DNA from: a bacterium
GTDB taxonomy: Bacteria > Patescibacteriota > Patescibacteriia > JACQRZ01
NCBI GenBank assembly: GCA_030688365.1
Contig: JAUYIE010000020.1
Location: 16,337 to 80,336, forward strand
Length of the DNA stretch: 64,000 nt
Direction: 5' to 3'
How positions within the stretch are numbered: position 1 is the first letter of the stretch; each line of letters begins with the position of its first letter. Made by a program: the position numbers and the translations under genes. Under the pieces are notes generated by a model. It was not told the DNA's origin and made no database searches. It worked only from the letters and a program-made list of their open reading frames with translations. Shown here piece by piece: positions 60,218-64,000 of this stretch.

Positions 60218-60721
60218 CTAATGGGATCCGTTCCATTTTTTAAAACCTGCAGATTCGGGTATTCTTCGTTCGAAGACGTTTTCTGCAAAATTTTCTATCA
60301 GTTTTTGGACACTGGCAATCTCTACTTCTGTAAAAGTTGGCTTAGTGCCTTCTTTCTCGAAGTCGAGAGTAAATCCACGAGAGGCATTCCAGCCACCCCA
60401 AGAAGGACTTCGGGGAAAATCGTTTTCTGGAGTGCCCCAAAATTCCCGGTCATTAGTGTCGACTAAAGGGCCGACGTCCTCATGCGAAAAACTCCATCCA
60501 TCAGCCTGCATGAGAGCTGATAAACTGGCAATCAATGTGACAATATCATCATATTTTTTGGGTCGTGTGAATCCAAGAGAAATGGTGACAGTCTGTTGAT
60601 TGGCCATGCACTCATCTTCGCCCCAATTTGGTTCAGATGAATCACCCCAAAAGGTAATTCGTGTTGAGTTTTGGGGATAAGACTCTGTTTCCGAAAAATC
60701 AATTCTCAATGGTAGGTACAT
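60218..60721 (-). CDS. hypothetical protein
   Basis: AGGAGG RBS, TAATG coupling with the upstream gene. Confidence 0.7.
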   Translation of the reverse strand: MYLPLRIDFSETESYPQNSTRITFWGDSSEPNWGEDECMANQQTVTISLGFTRPKKYDDIVTLIASLSALMQADGWSFSHEDVGPLVDTNDREFWGTPENDFPRSPSWGGWNASRGFTLDFEKEGTKPTFTEVEIASVQKLIENFAENVFERRIPESAGFKKWNGSH

Positions 60722-61029
60722 TATTGTACCTCCTTTGAGGAAGAAAATAATTCAGAAATTTTCTCAACCAGCTGGGCCTGAGTAATTTTTTCTGCGTTCT
60801 TTTTCGTAGACCCGCAAAGTAAATACTCATTCCCATTCTGAAATGCGTCCTGCATTTCAGCCTCCCCAACACTCCTCCTTGTGGGGTGGTCTCCTGCATG
60901 AAAAAATCTTTCCCAGAACCCGCTCATGCCGCGGATGCTGGAAATCTGGAACGTACGACCATCGGGCGTCGTCCATTCCAAATTCTTCTGCGTGGCCACT
61001 AGGTAGGCCAGCACCATGTTTGCATTCAT
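60721..61029 (-). CDS. hypothetical protein
   Basis: AGGAGG RBS, 102 aa. Confidence 0.7.
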   Translation of the reverse strand: MNANMVLAYLVATQKNLEWTTPDGRTFQISSIRGMSGFWERFFHAGDHPTRRSVGEAEMQDAFQNGNEYLLCGSTKKNAEKITQAQLVEKISELFSSSKEVQ

Positions 61030-61234
61030 TTTTTGTCCTCCTACGACAAAAGATAAAATATTACTTTTAAATTTACTCTTGATTTAAGATAATTCTGTTT
61101 GGGTTGTAACACCCCGACACAATGACCTTAAGAAAGAGGGGAAACATTTGTTTCCCATTCTAACCCTTTTAATGTACGATGATGAATCGCGAATCACCTA
61201 TTACCTCCTTTCGCGTGCTATAATATTTTTTAAT

Positions 61235-62090
61235 GAGAGAGTCGTCAGTCATCATTATTGGCTCATCGTTGATTGAATCAACTAGGCTTATAGTGATCGA
61301 CTTCTCTCCCAGCGATTGTTTGGTTCGCCAGCACCTTCGATATTCTTATATCTATCCATGTGTTGTTGTGTAAACAACTCATTTCAAAATACTCTCCAAA
61401 AATCTCGAACACCTTCATGTTTACGGGAAGCTTGAGAGACTTTCTGTAAACAATCCTCATCTCGCAGTAGGGTGGTTAAGGACACCGTCCTTTCTTTATA
61501 TCTTTTGTGATTTCAAAATCTCTAACCCTCGATTTTGTTCTATTTGGGTCCTCTGGTAATGAGATCCAGATGGAGTACTACTACTGAGCACTTTTTAACA
61601 AGGTTACCTTCCCTTGAACATACTACATACCAACTTCGACGGTTATATTCATGTTAAATATATGACCAATCGCCACACTTATATCGTCTTACGCAGGTAA
61701 GCGGGAAAACGCTGTGTAAAACAGAACTTTTAATTCATTTGAGATACTGTTCTCAAACATTCTTGCATATGTGTCCGTAATTGATCTTGTTGTAACAGTG
61801 CTGTGCTTGTGGCCGCTCTGTCGCTGTCAATTGTGGCATTTCAAGAATTTAGAATCATCGTTTCTACCCTAGTGTGATCCCTGTCAGATCACGCTGTGTT
61901 GGTTTACCCCCGAATCGCTAAGATCCTGCAGGTTTCTTTTCAACCCGGCCCGCGAAGGGTAAGGTCAGCCAACGTTCCGGTGTCAGAACCATCTTCACGG
62001 GATGAGCGGTCAACTCTCGGGTGACGGGCGTTCATGCTTTGCCACTGCTTTTGGGTGAGACAATTTCATCGTTTACACATGACGATTATT
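61235..62090 (-). ncRNA. candidate large structured ncRNA (~850 nt, GOLLD/ROOL size class)
   Basis: no credible ORF, about a dozen local hairpins, complementary ends TCGTCA/TGACGA. Confidence 0.6.
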
Positions 62091-62365
62091 TTTGTGTTCA
62101 CTAAAACTTTCTGTACAGTATCATGAAGTAAGTTGTTTTTTGTTAAGTATACGCGATATCAGAAATACTATCTCGCAGACTCTAACCTCTCAGGGTGGCT
62201 TAGTGTAATAACACCCACTAACTGGTTGCCCTGTTTGAGATCGTTCGCTCCGATCTCGTTTTTTTGGCGTCTTTCCATGTAGCAGCTTTCGGTTGTGCCG
62301 GAACCGGGCTGTCGCGCGCATGCGTCATATGTACCTCCTTTCGCATGAGCAATCTTTTCCCGCTA

Positions 62366-62680
62366 CTAATTGTTGCTGAATGTGATATCGGGAGAAGTAC
62401 GCGGGATGTACTTCCAGATAATTTCTTCTGGTTCATGCTTGAGCAATCCCCAGACCATATCGGCGATTTCGGCGTCAGTCCACTGGAGGACTTCTGCCAA
62501 AATTTCCCCTTTTGTTTCCGGTCTTCCAATACCGACAAATTCTCCTACGCCATCTTTGAGAATGGCAGTAAGAATATTTGCCAGCGTTTGGTGTTCTCCT
62601 GCCAACAATAGGTCGTCAAGACAAATCATTGGTTCGGGGATCAGGCCAGAGGAGATGAACTTTCTATTGATATACCACAT
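62366..62680 (-). CDS. hypothetical protein
   Basis: starts 1 nt after the vWA stop; AAGGGGGTG RBS. Confidence 0.7.
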   Translation of the reverse strand: MWYINRKFISSGLIPEPMICLDDLLLAGEHQTLANILTAILKDGVGEFVGIGRPETKGEILAEVLQWTDAEIADMVWGLLKHEPEEIIWKYIPRTSPDITFSNN

Positions 62681-62681
62681 A

Positions 62682-63980
62682 TCAATTCACCCCCTTTCCA
62701 AATTTCATGTTATCGTTTACGAGATGGTGGCTCGTAGCGATATTTTTTAGTGCTTCGTTCTCTGAAGCGACACTGAAAACATGAAGCTTGATATCGCCTA
62801 GCGGTTCATGGGTTCCCAATGAGTCATCCCCATCAGTAACCATGATGATATCGCAGCGATGGAATCTAGCCTTATCAGCGTTAATATCCTTAACTGCTTG
62901 TGATATCGCTGCACTAAAATTTGTACTACCACCACTATATGTTCCTTTGTTTTTTATCATGTCGAGCAGCTCACGCCCTTGCTGCTCATTTCTTGCTTCC
63001 TTCAGGTCGTGGGGCGATCCGTCAAAAAGTCGTAAAAAGAGTTCTGCTTCTCCTCTGATTACTGCCTTCACACGGTTCAGCAAGATTCCTCCTGCTTTCA
63101 CGACCCTTTTACCGTCTCCCATAGAACCTGAACAGTCAACGAGCAGGTAAATTAATTGTTTTTGCTCGTCAACCTTTACATACTCACGTACAGGTAGACG
63201 TTTTTCGACAGCTCTTTGCCAAAAAATTTCATCAGGCAAACCATGTGCAACACGGGCGACTTTTGGTAATTCAGAGAAATCTCTGATACCTCTAGTGCGC
63301 ACGAATGCCGTGGGTTCCAGCGAAGATTTTGTACTTCTTTTTTTGCTGGTTTTAAGTTCAACCAGATCATCAAGAAGATGCGAAAGTCTCACTAATTCCC
63401 ATTCGGTTGACTGGCCGATTTTTTCAGCAACCTCAACGACTGACAACGGGCTATTCCCGTTCGGTGCTTTTGTGTCCAAAAGCTCCTGGTCGATGTCATC
63501 AAGGTTCTGGGCTGCCTCTAGGCAATCAGCGGTTTGATTGCTGAGTTCCTCTCCGTCTCTTTCGAGAAAGATAGGTAGCGCATCAGCTTCTTCACCGCTA
63601 CCACCACTTTCAGATTTTGACTTTTCAGCCATCATTTTCAGTAAGGCGGCTGCCTTTTCAAGCGCCGTCCCTGGCAAGTTATCCAAGGTTTTCTTTTCAG
63701 CAAGTGCCTTGAGAAACCCCCGGACGTTTTGGTGATATTTAAGTAATTTATCTCTGTCCAGAAGTGGCTGCTCCTGTATGAGATCTTCTACTTGTTTTTC
63801 CACCTGTGCCTCATCCATGACCGTTTGTTCTCCGCCGCGAGCGACGTTGAGCAGATCCTGGAAGAAGGCGGGTGCTACAGCCGGCACCTTGGCTTTCCTG
63901 CAAAACATTTCAATCTCTGGTGGGTGTGCAGGTGTAAACCCATCAGGGAGGTGAGTACGCATTAACGGTTTCATTGGCAC
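62682..63980 (-). CDS. von Willebrand factor A domain protein (ViaA/CoxE-like)
   Basis: MIDAS DCSGSM, GST, TDG; AGGAGG RBS with GTG start. Confidence 0.85.
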   Translation of the reverse strand: MPMKPLMRTHLPDGFTPAHPPEIEMFCRKAKVPAVAPAFFQDLLNVARGGEQTVMDEAQVEKQVEDLIQEQPLLDRDKLLKYHQNVRGFLKALAEKKTLDNLPGTALEKAAALLKMMAEKSKSESGGSGEEADALPIFLERDGEELSNQTADCLEAAQNLDDIDQELLDTKAPNGNSPLSVVEVAEKIGQSTEWELVRLSHLLDDLVELKTSKKRSTKSSLEPTAFVRTRGIRDFSELPKVARVAHGLPDEIFWQRAVEKRLPVREYVKVDEQKQLIYLLVDCSGSMGDGKRVVKAGGILLNRVKAVIRGEAELFLRLFDGSPHDLKEARNEQQGRELLDMIKNKGTYSGGSTNFSAAISQAVKDINADKARFHRCDIIMVTDGDDSLGTHEPLGDIKLHVFSVASENEALKNIATSHHLVNDNMKFGKGVN

Positions 63981-64000
63981 ACCTCCTAATTTGCCAATGA

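Noticed and set aside
61278-61460. 60-aa ORF inside the large non-coding region
   Set aside because: No RBS at proper spacing or recognisable motif, and it overlaps several hairpins
62165-62217. third hammerhead (CTGAGAG...GAGA on the minus strand)
   Set aside because: The core deviates from CUGANGA/GAAA and stems II and III cannot be formed convincingly
1-64000. UGA recoding (code 25) as in Gracilibacteria/Absconditabacteria
   Set aside because: Conserved genes are full length under code 11 and some end at TGA at the expected positions
55771-64000. retron, DGR or group II intron explanation for the structured RNAs
   Set aside because: No reverse transcriptase motif, TR/VR repeat pair or domain V seen in the window; could change with flanking sequence

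Overview
The window looks like chromosomal DNA of a Patescibacteria/CPR (Parcubacteria-like) bacterium using code 11; the taxonomy is inferred from gene content. Positions 1-55.7 kb are mostly core genes: argS, tyrS, valS, nusA, S1, ftsH, pilB, tsaD/E, a MacAB-type transporter, fba, pfkB, rpiB, rpe, glycosyltransferases and large surface proteins. There are three tRNAs: a rare Ile(UAU), Glu(UUC), and Gly(GCC) with a non-canonical T-loop. Also present are eight perfect parS palindromes (10.4-12.3 kb), a cfa + FAD-reductase lipid-modification pair, an aaRS paralog beside an atypical radical SAM gene, and a 6S-like ncRNA candidate. The most striking part is the minus-strand accessory region from ~55.7 kb to the window end. 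It holds two type III hammerhead ribozymes, each followed by the same covarying rod-shaped RNA motif with a GGCAAG loop, and a ~850-nt hairpin-dense non-coding region of GOLLD/ROOL size. It also encodes a vWA protein, a Csx15/16/20-like small protein and two degenerate class II tRNA-nucleotidyltransferase paralogs. All calls were made by eye; no database searches were run.
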